64,000 bases of DNA, taken from Candidatus Moanibacter sp. Lineage in GTDB: Bacteria > Verrucomicrobiota > Verrucomicrobiia > Opitutales > UBA2987. The notes beneath the pieces were generated by a model. That model did not search any database. It worked only from the letters and a program-made list of their open reading frames with translations, and was not told where the DNA came from. Below, in pieces: positions 39,506-50,108 of the stretch. The position numbers were made by a program, and so were the translations under genes. The DNA is taken from the NCBI GenBank assembly GCA_965215885.1, contig CBDCEW010000104.1:160001-224000 (forward strand). Direction: 5' to 3'. Position 1 is the stretch's first letter, and each line of letters begins with the position of its first letter.

Positions 39506-40312
39506 ATGTTACAAGCAACCCAGTACTTAAGGAGCGCTATCGGCGACTTCAGTCCAGAAATCGGGCTCGTGCTGGGATCCGGTCTCGGTTTTTTTGCGGA
39601 CGAACGCCTGCAGCTCTACAAGACGATACTTTACGATGATATTCCAGGATTCCATAAATCGACGGTGGAGGGCCACAAGGGTTGCCTGGTATTTGGGGAG
39701 GTAGGCGATCGCCGGGTGGTTTGCATGCAGGGCCGGTTTCATTATTATGAAGGCCATCCCATGAGCGAGGTGGTGACGCCCATCCGGGTGATGGCTGAAT
39801 TGGGTGTGGGAGTGTTGATCGTGACTAACGCAGCAGGGGGAATAAACCCCGATTTTCCGCCCGGCACGCTTATGCTCATAACCGATCACATAAATCACCT
39901 CGGCACCAATCCGTTGATGGGCGAAAATTACGATGAACTGGGGCCCCGGTTTCCGGATATGTCGACGGTCTACGATGCCGATCTGAGGGAAATAGCGAAA
40001 GAGATCGGTAAAGCGCTCGCTATCGATATTCGCCAAGGGGTCTATCTTGCAACGACGGGGCCTTCCTATGAAACGCCGGCGGAAATCCGAGCTTTTAGGA
40101 CGTTAGGTGCGGATGCTGTGGGAATGTCGACGGTGCCCGAGGCGATCGTGGCCAATCACGCGGGGATAAGAGTATGCGGAATTTCCTGCATCACAAATCC
40201 AGCGGCCGGTTTGTCTAAGCAGCCCCTTTCGCACGACGACGTTACGGAGACGGCCAACCGTGTAAAGGGCGAGTTTGCCGATCTGGTGGAAGAGCTCGTG
40301 AAGAGGTGTTGA
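39506..40312 (+). CDS. punA: Purine-nucleoside phosphorylase (trimeric type)
   Basis: LGSGLG, GRFHYYEG, TNAAGG, GPSYETPAE, VGMSTVPE, ITN. Confidence 0.95.
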   Translation: MLQATQYLRSAIGDFSPEIGLVLGSGLGFFADERLQLYKTILYDDIPGFHKSTVEGHKGCLVFGEVGDRRVVCMQGRFHYYEGHPMSEVVTPIRVMAELGVGVLIVTNAAGGINPDFPPGTLMLITDHINHLGTNPLMGENYDELGPRFPDMSTVYDADLREIAKEIGKALAIDIRQGVYLATTGPSYETPAEIRAFRTLGADAVGMSTVPEAIVANHAGIRVCGISCITNPAAGLSKQPLSHDDVTETANRVKGEFADLVEELVKRC

Positions 40313-40773
40313 GAGCAATCTGTCGGTCAGCCCAAACTTAATCGTAAGCTTCGTCGCAAACTTGATCGAGGGATGATCGAGTGAAGCCGGCGACAAAGTT
40401 GACGAGGAAGGATCCCTGGCGGGTAGGTGAAAATCTCCGAGTGAGACAGGAAGAAGGGTGTGGCAACGGATGAGCTGTGGTCAGAGGCAGAGTGGCACCC
40501 CTCGTGGTTGATGGTCGGAATCATCGATCGTAAGCTTACTCGTAAACCTCGTCGTAAGCTTGGTCGAGAGAGAAAAAACGTCCATGACGGCCTGGATTGC
40601 CTCGTCATGCTTCCTCGCAATGACAGGTTAGATCTTTTGAGGAGAATAACCATGATTGTCATCGCGAACTTAATCGTAAGCTTTGACGTAAGCTTGATCG
40701 GGGGATCGCCCGGAAAAGGCGACAAAGTTGACGACAAAGCTCGCGACAAAGTTTGGGCAACGATGATCGACGT

Positions 40774-41763
40774 TTAGGCGCTCCAATCGAGCATACGTTT
40801 TATGGGTTGATAGGCAGCGCTACGGATTTCCTCGGATAGTTCGATGCATGGCTGGAGGTTCTTCAAAGCATCGCGGGCCTTTTCGATGGTGTTCATTTTC
40901 ATAAACCTACATTCGTTGCAGGCGCAGCGATCGGTGGGTCCGGCAATGAAGGTCTTTTCCGGAATCTCACGCTGAAGGCGATGGAGCATTCCCGTCTCTG
41001 TTGCTACGATGATCGTGTCAGCTGGATGATTTCTCGAGAAACCAATCATCTTTTCGGTGCTACAGACTTCGTCGGCCAGGTCCCTCACTACCTCGGTGCA
41101 TTCGGGATGAGCGACAATTGGTGCGTCGGGGTATCGCATCTTAACCAACTCGAGCGTGCGAACGGTAAAGAGTATGTGGACATAGCAACTTCCCGGCCAA
41201 AGACGCATGAAACGCCCTGACTGCCGGGAGACCCACTGTCCGAGATTCTGGTCCGGCACAAAAAGGATCTCACGATGAGAGGGAATCCTTTCGATGATTT
41301 TGACGGCGTTACCACTCGTACAAATGACGTCGCTAAGAGCTTTGACTTCGGCCGAACAGTTGATGTAAGCGACGATGTAGATCTCGGGATTGGCCTCTTT
41401 GTAGGCCGCCAATTTCGCGGCGGGGCACGAATCGGAAAGGGAGCATCCGGCCTCGAGGTCCGGTAAGACGACGGTTTTTTCGGGGTTTACGATCTTGGCC
41501 GTTTCGGCCATGAAATGTACGCCGCAAAAAAGAATCACATCCGCATTCACTTTCGAAGCCTGATAGGAGAGCCCAAGTGAATCTCCTACGTAATCAGCGA
41601 CCCTTTGAATCGGCTCGATCTGGTAATTGTGCGCGAGAATGACGGCGTTCCGCTCCTCTTTCAGGGCCAGGATCTCCTCTTCTACGGTGGAATGAGGTGC
41701 CTCTTTTTCTTCTCCCTTTGGGGCGAAGACGGCCGGCTCAAAATCCAGAACTTCAATAGGCAT
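40774..41763 (-). CDS. nadA: Quinolinate synthase
   Basis: LAHNYQ, GDSL, CGVHFMAETA, AGCS, YIN, AHPEC, CRFMK. Confidence 0.97.
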   Translation of the reverse strand: MPIEVLDFEPAVFAPKGEEKEAPHSTVEEEILALKEERNAVILAHNYQIEPIQRVADYVGDSLGLSYQASKVNADVILFCGVHFMAETAKIVNPEKTVVLPDLEAGCSLSDSCPAAKLAAYKEANPEIYIVAYINCSAEVKALSDVICTSGNAVKIIERIPSHREILFVPDQNLGQWVSRQSGRFMRLWPGSCYVHILFTVRTLELVKMRYPDAPIVAHPECTEVVRDLADEVCSTEKMIGFSRNHPADTIIVATETGMLHRLQREIPEKTFIAGPTDRCACNECRFMKMNTIEKARDALKNLQPCIELSEEIRSAAYQPIKRMLDWSA

Positions 41764-41769
41764 GGCTTC

Positions 41770-42135
41770 TCAAATCTGAATACTGTTTTCCGCGAGGAGC
41801 GTTTTGAATTTCGGATAGTCGTGGAGATTTTTGAGGTCCGGGTCTCTCACCAACCATTCCCAATCCCGGTAATAGTTTTCAATGGCGGTGCGCAACGATT
41901 TGACCGCCTCCGCTTTGCGATTCTTGAGGGCGAGGCTACATGCCAGATTGTAGTGTGCAACCGGATTCTCGGGTCGGAGGCGGACCATTTTTCGATCCAT
42001 TTTGAGACCTTCATCGATGCGGCCCGTTTTCGTGTAAAGATTTGCCAGCAGCTCGATTACTGAAGTGTCCCTCGGGTCACGCTTCAAGATGCTTTCGAAG
42101 AATCCGATTTCAAAATCGTGATCAACCGTTTTCAT
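41770..42135 (-). CDS. TPR-repeat protein
   Basis: LANLYTKTG, PVAHYNLACSLAL, DPDL. Confidence 0.8.
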   Translation of the reverse strand: MKTVDHDFEIGFFESILKRDPRDTSVIELLANLYTKTGRIDEGLKMDRKMVRLRPENPVAHYNLACSLALKNRKAEAVKSLRTAIENYYRDWEWLVRDPDLKNLHDYPKFKTLLAENSIQI

Positions 42136-42160
42136 CTTACTTGCTTAGCATCGAGTAATA

Positions 42161-42655
42161 TCACCCGCGAGAATCGCGCTTCGCGCAGATTCCTCCTTCC
42201 CGCAAGGTCGAACAGTGCGCATGTACCTGGAGGCGCTGATTCTCCGGCTCCAACCCGACCTTCTGAGATATGGAGCGCGCATACCATTCCATGAAAGGGG
42301 CATCTATCTCAAAAATCTTATCGCAGTCCAGACACACGACCTGGGCCTGCTCCGTTTTCTGACCTTGAGATGCCAGATAGAATTTATAGTCGCGCCCAAC
42401 GTCAATTTCCTTTAGAAATCCACATTGTGTAAGTATGGGCAAAGTCCGGTAGACCGTGGCGCGCGATACGGAACTGTCGATTGCACGCGAGTAATCCAAC
42501 AACTCTTCCGCCGTGAAATGATCGGCATGATTGAAGGCGGCGTCAAAGATTGCTTTGCGCTGGTGCGTCATCCGCAGTCCCTTGCGCGATAGGAACTCTT
42601 TGAATGTCGCACTCGACTTATCCCGATGGTCGGATTGTATCTCTTTTAGCGGCAC
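42161..42655 (-). CDS. Fur-family transcriptional regulator
   Basis: [27 protein letters not shown]. Confidence 0.88.
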   Translation of the reverse strand: MPLKEIQSDHRDKSSATFKEFLSRKGLRMTHQRKAIFDAAFNHADHFTAEELLDYSRAIDSSVSRATVYRTLPILTQCGFLKEIDVGRDYKFYLASQGQKTEQAQVVCLDCDKIFEIDAPFMEWYARSISQKVGLEPENQRLQVHAHCSTLREGGICAKRDSRG

Positions 42656-42727
42656 AGCTTATTTGTAATGAGACTAAATTGACAATAAGAGGGTTCTGAG
42701 AAATAAAGCAAGTCATAAAGGGAAAGA

Positions 42728-44980
42728 ATGGGAAAATGGGCGCCGAGTGGAGTGACGGTGATACCGCTCCTGGGATTAAAGAAATCGTTAGGATATCGGG
42801 TGCCGGAATCATTGCGGGAACGGGTTGCGGTGGGATCACTGGTTCGGGTACCGGTGATGAGGCGCAAGGAACTGGCGGTGGTTTGCGCGCTTGAGGCGCC
42901 GAAGGATTATCCCCGGGAGAGATTAAAGTATATCGTAGAAGTTCTCCACGCCTATCCGGTACTAGGAGAAGACCTGCTCAGGCTGGCAGAGTGGATGCAG
43001 GGGTATTACGGATCGGGTATGGACACAGTCATTGAAGCGATGGTACCCGCGGCGGTGAGAAAGGGTATGCGAGCGAAGAAGCGATCGCTTCTCAGGTTGG
43101 ACGCGCGATTGAGCGCTGAGGAACTCTCCCGAATGCGCCGGAGAGCGCCGAAGCAGGCGGCGCTGTATAATTTTCTGGCTGACCAGATAAGACCGGTTCC
43201 AAAAGGGTTGGTGCTCAAGCGGCTGAAGATCGGCTACGCCAGTTGTCTCGCTCTCAAGGAAAAGGGAATATTGTCGGAATCAGAGGAGCGCGTTGAAAGG
43301 GAGAGCTACCGCGATGAGTTGGGGCTACTTGAGCAATCCATGACCGGAAGAGTAGACCTGAATGAGGAACAATCACGTGCCGGGGCGAGTTTAGTAGGGA
43401 GTCTTAATGAAAGGAAGTTCCTGGTGCATCTCCTTCACGGCGTGACAGGTTCGGGAAAGACGGAAGTCTACATTCACGCGATTGAGCATGCCCTATCTGA
43501 GGGAGGCGGAGCGATTTATCTGGTTCCGGAAGTGGCACTTACTCCACAAACAGTAGGTCGATTGCGATCGCATTTAGAAGAGGCGATCAGTTGCAAGACG
43601 GTCGTCTGGCACAGTCACCTCACGGAGGGGGAACGTCTAGACGCGTGGGAAGCGCTCGCATCCGGTGAGGCGCGGGTAGTGGTAGGGGCACGATCGGCGG
43701 TGTTTGCCCCGGTTCGGGAACTCCGACTTATAATCGTTGATGAGGAGCATGAACCAGCCTACAAACAAGCGGACTCTCCACATTATCATGGACGCGATGT
43801 CGCGGTCTACCGAGCCAAACTCTGCGATGCACTTTGTGTCTTGGGCTCCGCCACTCCATCACTGGAGTCGCTCCACAATGTGGAAAGCGGCAAATATCGG
43901 GTAGACCGACTTCGCCTGCGTGTGGATGGAAGGGAGCTTCCCGTGATTCACCTCGTGGACATGAAACGCGAGCTGATCAGTCGCAAAGGCGCCGTCACGG
44001 TTTCGACACTACTGGCAGAGAAGATGCGGGAGCGCTATGAAAAAAGAGAACAGAGTATTCTCTTTATCAATCGCCGTGGATACTCTTCCAGAATGTTGTG
44101 TTCTGAGTGCGGATACGTAGCGCAATGTGAGCACTGCAGCATAACACTAACTTACCATCGTGTGGGCGAGATTTTACGCTGTCACATATGCGGGTCCGAG
44201 CAGCCGGCTCCCCGTTGTTGTCCTCAATGCGACTCGCTTGAAATCCGATGGCGCGGGCAGGGGACGCAGAGAGTCGTGGAATCGGCGCAGCGGCTTCTCC
44301 CTGGAGCGCGAATAGTGAGAATGGATACCGATGCCATGCAGAAGCGGAATTTGTTTCGCCGAGTTCTTGCCGATTTCCGTATTGGTAAAATCGATGTTTT
44401 AGTGGGGACTCAGATGATTGCAAAGGGATTGGACTTTCCCAACGTGACGCTGGTTGGTATTATCGATGCCGATCTTTCTCTCCAGATTCCTGATTTTCGA
44501 GCGGCCGAGAGGTGCTTCCAGCTAATCGTCCAGGTAGCGGGAAGAGCCGGGCGGGGTGATCGTTCAGGTGAGGTAGTCGTGCAGAGCTTTCTACCCTTCA
44601 GTTCTCCGATCCAGTTTGCGCGGCATGGAGACTTTGAAGGGTTCAGCAGCGAAGAGCTCTCACATCGGCGCGAGTACCGTTATCCGCCTTTCCGCCACTT
44701 GATCCACCATGTTTTTCGCGGGAGGAATCCTGACAAAGTCGAATTCTACGCGGAACAATGGGCGCGGCGAGTGGAATCGGAGATTGGGAGCGCCCTGGAG
44801 ATTCGCGGCCCGGCCCCCTCTCCGCGAGAAAAGATCAAGGACAACTATCGGTTCCAGATCTGGTATTTTGTGCGAAACGTGTCCAAGGCCGTTTCTTCTC
44901 TAACCGCGTTGAGAGAGAAATTCAAGATGGATAAAGACGTTGTCGACGTCATCGATGTCGATCCGGTGCAGCTTGTCTAA
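42728..44980 (+). CDS. priA: Primosomal protein N' helicase
   Basis: GVTGSGKTEVY, DEEHE, SATP, Zn-finger Cys pairs, GTQMIAKGLDFP, QVAGRAGR. Confidence 0.97.
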   Translation: MGKWAPSGVTVIPLLGLKKSLGYRVPESLRERVAVGSLVRVPVMRRKELAVVCALEAPKDYPRERLKYIVEVLHAYPVLGEDLLRLAEWMQGYYGSGMDTVIEAMVPAAVRKGMRAKKRSLLRLDARLSAEELSRMRRRAPKQAALYNFLADQIRPVPKGLVLKRLKIGYASCLALKEKGILSESEERVERESYRDELGLLEQSMTGRVDLNEEQSRAGASLVGSLNERKFLVHLLHGVTGSGKTEVYIHAIEHALSEGGGAIYLVPEVALTPQTVGRLRSHLEEAISCKTVVWHSHLTEGERLDAWEALASGEARVVVGARSAVFAPVRELRLIIVDEEHEPAYKQADSPHYHGRDVAVYRAKLCDALCVLGSATPSLESLHNVESGKYRVDRLRLRVDGRELPVIHLVDMKRELISRKGAVTVSTLLAEKMRERYEKREQSILFINRRGYSSRMLCSECGYVAQCEHCSITLTYHRVGEILRCHICGSEQPAPRCCPQCDSLEIRWRGQGTQRVVESAQRLLPGARIVRMDTDAMQKRNLFRRVLADFRIGKIDVLVGTQMIAKGLDFPNVTLVGIIDADLSLQIPDFRAAERCFQLIVQVAGRAGRGDRSGEVVVQSFLPFSSPIQFARHGDFEGFSSEELSHRREYRYPPFRHLIHHVFRGRNPDKVEFYAEQWARRVESEIGSALEIRGPAPSPREKIKDNYRFQIWYFVRNVSKAVSSLTALREKFKMDKDVVDVIDVDPVQLV

Positions 44981-44981
44981 A

Positions 44982-45659
44982 TTATTCAGAGGGTTCTTCT
45001 TCGAGCACTCTGGCAAAGACGAGAAATCCTAACGTCGCACCGACGATGGGGCCGATCCAATAAATCCATATATTTTCAAAATAACCGGACGCAACCGCTG
45101 TGCCGAAATGGCGGGCGGGATTCATGGCTGCGCCGGTGAGCGGACCGATCGCGAGGATAAGAAAAGTAATCGTCAAACCGATCGCGAAACCCGCCATACC
45201 CTGGGGCGCTCTGCTTCCTACGGCGGTACCGTATATGGCCATGGCGAGAAGAAAAGTAGCGATAATTTCAAGAGTGAGGCCGACACCTGCGCTTATGTCG
45301 GCACCAAGGGCGGGAGTTCCCAGATGAGTGGCCTCACCGGCCGCCGCCGGGAAGAGGGTCTTAAGCAGGATACCCGCGATAACAGCGCCAATGAGCTGTG
45401 CGGCTATATTGGCGACACCTTGTGGAACCTTCTCCTTTCCTGCAATGATTAGGCCGATAGTGACTGCCGGGTTAATCTGACCACCTGAAATATTCATGGT
45501 AGCGGAGACGGCAACAGAGAGTGCCAGGCCATGCGCCAGCGCAATCCCGAGAAGGCCGACTCCGCCGTTTGTATGGGAATCAACGATGATCGATCCGGCA
45601 CCGATAAAACAGAGAGTGAAGGTGCCGATGAGCTCGGCAATAGATGGTTTAATTTTCAT
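44982..45659 (-). CDS. MIP-family aquaporin
   Basis: SGGQINPAVT and MNPAR (two NPA motifs), YWIGP. Confidence 0.95.
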   Translation of the reverse strand: MKIKPSIAELIGTFTLCFIGAGSIIVDSHTNGGVGLLGIALAHGLALSVAVSATMNISGGQINPAVTIGLIIAGKEKVPQGVANIAAQLIGAVIAGILLKTLFPAAAGEATHLGTPALGADISAGVGLTLEIIATFLLAMAIYGTAVGSRAPQGMAGFAIGLTITFLILAIGPLTGAAMNPARHFGTAVASGYFENIWIYWIGPIVGATLGFLVFARVLEEEPSE

Positions 45660-45776
45660 GGTGGAGAAATTGATCCCACCAATAGTACAATGCGCTTGGC
45701 GCTTGTCCAGCCTTTGTGACAGAGAGAGGGAAATTTCACCTGGTAAGTCCCCGTCTCGGCGTGCCGGAACGGATCG

Positions 45777-46343
45777 TTATCCTTCCTGGTCCTCGTCGAG
45801 AAAAGGGCTTCGGGGACTGTTTACTCTGGCCGAATTTTGGAGCTGGCCGTCAAACACAAGTTTGAGCTGACCTATTTGCGCTCGCAAAAACACCTTCTTC
45901 GAGCCGGGGATGTCCCTGACGAGAATTGAGAGATTAACCGGAAGGAGTTTCGAACTCGCCGTTATGGTGGCGCTCTTCAGGTCAGCGTGGTGAAGGTCCG
46001 CCATCTCAAGAAGCGACAGAGAAACATTCTCCGCAAATTTTGAGTCTTTCAAGCCGGCCTGCAATGCTGCCTGACGCGAGAGTACGTTGTAGAAGAAGTA
46101 CTCGGAAATATCGAGTTCATCCGGGTCTTTCGTGACGGCATCAAAGAGACGACGACTGTCGAGGAGGGAATCACGCAGTGTCTCGTCGCTCAGGATGGTA
46201 TTTAAATCGTCGCAGGTGAGAATATCGTGTCCGAATGTGCATTGAATAAAGGCAATGTCATTCTCTGATAAGGGAATGCCGCTGTAATATTGGTGTTCGT
46301 CCTGATTTTTTGAATTCATTCCTTTTCCAGCAGAATAGCTCAT
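45777..46343 (-). CDS. Hypothetical protein (start uncertain; ORF track extends to 46565)
   Basis: Open frame with LRDSLLDS...ISEYFFYNVLSRQA. Confidence 0.6.
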   Translation of the reverse strand: MSYSAGKGMNSKNQDEHQYYSGIPLSENDIAFIQCTFGHDILTCDDLNTILSDETLRDSLLDSRRLFDAVTKDPDELDISEYFFYNVLSRQAALQAGLKDSKFAENVSLSLLEMADLHHADLKSATITASSKLLPVNLSILVRDIPGSKKVFLRAQIGQLKLVFDGQLQNSARVNSPRSPFLDEDQEG

Positions 46344-46399
46344 GATTGTGCGATGTAAGTCGGATATTGGAGGGAGGTCTTTAACCCGCATGTATCCAC

Positions 46400-46504
46400 A
46401 AGCGCGGCGTGGCTGCCCCGCTGAGCGGGACAGAAATCCCGCGCGGTTACGCACAGTAGTGCGCGCCCGCAGGTGATTTCGCCTGGGCCTTGCCATCCAC
46501 GCTT
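46400..46504 (-). ncRNA. Candidate multi-stem structured RNA (unassigned)
   Basis: Closing stem AAGCGTGG/CCGCGCTT plus three internal hairpins in a GC-rich intergenic island. Confidence 0.3.
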
Positions 46505-46527
46505 CTGAAAAGTGTGAAATAGGCGGG

Positions 46528-47586
46528 TTAAAGGAGATGGGCGAATCTGCTAATATCAACCTCACGGTCGATCTCGTAGCGCTGTGCGAGGGAGGAGGCG
46601 AATTGGGCTGCGAAATAGGGTGCCATTAGCGCACCCTTGGCTCCCAGCCCATTGAGAATGCCGATATGGGGATGTTTCGGGTGCATTCCGAGGATGGGGC
46701 GAAGATCTTTCATGGTCGGCCTCACTCCGGCCGCATGTCCCACGACATCCAAAGGTACTTTAATGAAGCTGTTCAATTCGCTCAGGATTTCGGCTTTGCC
46801 CTCCTCGGTCGGTTCACAGTTGATTGGATCCCAAGTGAACGTAGATCCTGCTTTGAATCGGCCCTCTCCTAAAGGCAAGAGCCACTTGCCCCGGTTGATT
46901 ATAACCTCAGGCAGTTCACCCTTGGCTGCGATCACTTCTAAAACTTCCCCTTTGGAGGATTTAAATGGAAGGTAGTTGAAATAGGGATTATTAATAGCCT
47001 GATAACCTTCGCAGAAAATCAGTTGCCTGGCTTCCCAGTCTTTCCATTTTACCCCTGTCGACGTTAATGCGAGGTGGTCATATTGAAAGGATGCTTCTAC
47101 GAGGCTCTCGTCGTTTTTCAGCCATTCCCTGATTCGGACAAGGAGTTCGGCGATTCTTAGATAGCCGCTCCCGCCAGGTGTAAAGCTGCCGAAGGGATCA
47201 TCAATTATTCCAGGTTTCCATCCCGGGGTTCTCATTGCACCGAGATATTTCGCCGTTCCAGATTGCGTGCGTTTATGCATCCAGAGATGCTGCTCCTCTT
47301 CATTTCTAAATAGCCGGACAAGCTGGCATTCCGTAAGAAAGCGTCTATCAAATTCCTCAGAAAGCCTCCCGTAGGCATGACGCGCTTCGGCCAGGAGCAA
47401 CTCCAGCTGCCAACAGGGCGTGAGTCGTGGACCGGTGATGGGATTCACAATCCCCGCCGCTACCATCGAGGCCGATTCTTCGTGGTACTTATCGACTACA
47501 AGAACGCGGTTGCCGAGCCGCTTGAGGTTCCAGGCTAACAGGCTCCCCGCCAACCCCTGACCTACGATGATGGTGTCTACTCTCAC
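46528..47586 (-). CDS. FAD-dependent oxidoreductase (DAO / glycine oxidase-like)
   Basis: GQGLAG, ASMVAAG, KGE, AGVRP, NGLGAKG. Confidence 0.9.
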   Translation of the reverse strand: MRVDTIIVGQGLAGSLLAWNLKRLGNRVLVVDKYHEESASMVAAGIVNPITGPRLTPCWQLELLLAEARHAYGRLSEEFDRRFLTECQLVRLFRNEEEQHLWMHKRTQSGTAKYLGAMRTPGWKPGIIDDPFGSFTPGGSGYLRIAELLVRIREWLKNDESLVEASFQYDHLALTSTGVKWKDWEARQLIFCEGYQAINNPYFNYLPFKSSKGEVLEVIAAKGELPEVIINRGKWLLPLGEGRFKAGSTFTWDPINCEPTEEGKAEILSELNSFIKVPLDVVGHAAGVRPTMKDLRPILGMHPKHPHIGILNGLGAKGALMAPYFAAQFASSLAQRYEIDREVDISRFAHLL

Positions 47587-47862
47587 GCCATTGTCTCAAT
47601 CGCCTTCGATAGGGCGGAATGTTTGTTCGTATATAGACGAATAACGAACACTTCGGATGAGGGAAAGATAGAAAGACCCACGGATGCAGTAGCCATACCA
47701 CTGTTCCTGGCAGTTATCGGTCGGTGAAGGATGAAAGTTCAACCGAGTCTCTATTCCATGAGTGGAGCGAAGGATACTGGCAAGTACCGTGGGATGGGGC
47801 GAAGCCCACCGTGGGGAAAATTCCCAAGAAATCTACGTGTCAATTATGCGGGCTGGGACGAG

Positions 47863-49482
47863 TCAGGCTTCGGTGCCTGCGGTTTCCGTAAGTTCCGGTT
47901 CGTAGGGGCGAGCGACAAATCTGACGGACATGGCGACAACGAAGAGTCCGAGGAGGAACATGAGGAGTGCGATGGCTCTGAGAGGAGTAGCTGTCTGATC
48001 ATTGGTGAACATGAGGACAAGGGCAGCCATCGGCATCAGCACCATGAAGATAGCAGGGATGACGACGAAGCCGAACTTTATGCGTCTGGCCTTGAGAAAT
48101 ACAATAAAAGTGACGAGGGCGAGCGCAGCGAGAAGCTGATTGGTAGAACCAAAAAGCGGCCAGATGGCCTTCCAGGCCGGTTCACCATTGAAAGTCTGGA
48201 AGGCGAATATTCCGGGTAGGATAAGGACGAGAAAAGTTCCCAGGTAGCGGCTGGTGGCACTTCGCCAATTGAGAAGTTCTTCGACGAGGAAGCGAGTCAG
48301 ACGGGTGCAGGTGTCCAGAGTGGTGAGGAGAAAAGTGCTGACGGCAAGAAAGGTGAATTCCTGCCCGTAATCCTGGGGGATACCGAGAGAACTCATAAAG
48401 AGAGCGGATCCTTCGGCGAAAATTGCGGGAGGAGTCTTACCCTGGACGCTGCCGGCGGATAGTGCGGCCACACAGGCGAGAGCGAAAGTAGCGAGGACGC
48501 CTTCAACGAGCATGGCCCCGTAGCTTATGCGGCGAATATCGGTCTCGACTTTGATTTGCTTGGCAGTGGTGCCGCTGGCCACGATGCTGTGGAATCCACT
48601 GCAGGCGCCGCAGGCCACGGTGATAAAAAGGATGGGGATGAGCATTCCTGCCTTCTCATGATTCCAGCCGATATAGAAATCGAGCTGAATGGGTTTGTTG
48701 GCAAAGAGGAGACCGACAATTCCAAGAATGAGCATGGCGTAGAGAAAAGTGGAGCTCAGAAAATCCCGCGGCTGCAGGAGGACCTGGATAGGCAGAATAG
48801 CGGCCACATAGCAGTAGCCGAGGACGACCACGATCCAGAAATTCTTGCCCATCTCGGGAACTGGAAAGGCATGACCCACCCATAAACCCAGGAACGTCAA
48901 AGGGACAAAAACGAGGACAGTGCTCTTAAGAGAAAACCTGGTTCGCGCGATAGCGAAGCCGAAAGCGAGCGCGGCGAGAACGAACCATGCCGAAGCGGTG
49001 GCGACTGCCCCCTTGGTGGTGAAAGTCAGGGCGGTGAGATCGAGGAAGACAATTATGACATATATGAGGGCGAGGATGACGAAAACCATAAAGAGTTTTC
49101 CCGTTCCTTCACCGACGGTATTGCGCATCGTCTCGGCGATGGAACGACCACGCGAGCGCACAGACATGAAGGAGCTGCCGAAATCGTGGACCCCCCCTAC
49201 GAATATTGCGCCAATCAGGATCCATATCCAGGTGGGACCCCAGCCGAAATAAATCCCGGCGAGGATCGGCCCAACGATAGGACCGGCGCCGGCAATGGAA
49301 GAGAAATGATGCCCAAAGAGAACGGAAGTGCGCGTTGGGACATAGTCGACACCGTCTTGCATGGAACAGGCCGGAGTTTCGATGTTGTCGTCAAGTCCAC
49401 AGCGTTTGACGAGAAAATCGCCGTAAAATCTGTAAGCGACATAACAGAAGACACAGCTGCCCAGGAGAATCGCGATAAGCAT
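47863..49482 (-). CDS. cstA: Carbon starvation protein A family transporter
   Basis: [56 protein letters not shown]. Confidence 0.95.
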   Translation of the reverse strand: MLIAILLGSCVFCYVAYRFYGDFLVKRCGLDDNIETPACSMQDGVDYVPTRTSVLFGHHFSSIAGAGPIVGPILAGIYFGWGPTWIWILIGAIFVGGVHDFGSSFMSVRSRGRSIAETMRNTVGEGTGKLFMVFVILALIYVIIVFLDLTALTFTTKGAVATASAWFVLAALAFGFAIARTRFSLKSTVLVFVPLTFLGLWVGHAFPVPEMGKNFWIVVVLGYCYVAAILPIQVLLQPRDFLSSTFLYAMLILGIVGLLFANKPIQLDFYIGWNHEKAGMLIPILFITVACGACSGFHSIVASGTTAKQIKVETDIRRISYGAMLVEGVLATFALACVAALSAGSVQGKTPPAIFAEGSALFMSSLGIPQDYGQEFTFLAVSTFLLTTLDTCTRLTRFLVEELLNWRSATSRYLGTFLVLILPGIFAFQTFNGEPAWKAIWPLFGSTNQLLAALALVTFIVFLKARRIKFGFVVIPAIFMVLMPMAALVLMFTNDQTATPLRAIALLMFLLGLFVVAMSVRFVARPYEPELTETAGTEA

Positions 49483-49790
49483 GTCTCAAAAGGTAACTCG
49501 ATCCAAAATGCGGTCAATCTCGATTAGTTTCCGGACCCTCGAAGCTTGGGAATTTGTCAGACTTTTTATGGAAGAGAAATAATACGAACCAGCTGAGCGG
49601 GAGGTACAAACAAACACTTCATCCCTCCTGGCGGGATGAAGTGTGCTGCACGGAAGAGCGAGGCAATTCCAAATTCCTCAAGGCCAAATCCCTGGATTGC
49701 TTCGTCATCCTTCCTCGCAATGACATTCTCCTCATGGTGTGGCAACCGGATTAATTATGAATTGAATATGATTCTAAATCCGACTGATTT

Positions 49791-50108
49791 CTACATCAGG
49801 TAGAGAAAAAGTGCGATAATTAGGATTACAATGATGAGGCAGGAGAATAGCTGTTTAAAATCAAGTTTCGGAGGCGCGCCCGAATCCTCCCCAAACTCGC
49901 GTTGTACAAATTCCTCATAATCGAAAGAGTCATCGTCGCCGTAACCGGAAGGGACTTCGGTGGACCAGGTTTCTGCCTCCTTACTCCACCCGGTCCGATC
50001 ATCCGAACCACAGTCAGGACATGAGGAGGCGCCCACGCGCACTTCGGAGCCGCAATTGGGGCATATGAAATATTCGGGTTGTTCTTTCTGTATGGTGTCC
50101 GGCATCAC
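49791..50108 (-). CDS. Zinc-ribbon protein with C-terminal TM helix
   Basis: CPNCG...CPDCG, FDYEEF. Confidence 0.75.
   Translation of the reverse strand: MMPDTIQKEQPEYFICPNCGSEVRVGASSCPDCGSDDRTGWSKEAETWSTEVPSGYGDDDSFDYEEFVQREFGEDSGAPPKLDFKQLFSCLIIVILIIALFLYLM

Noticed and set aside
46400..46504. tRNA, tRNA-Sec or SRP RNA
   Set aside because: No TTCRA T-loop, no 3' CCA and no SRP GGAA-loop motif
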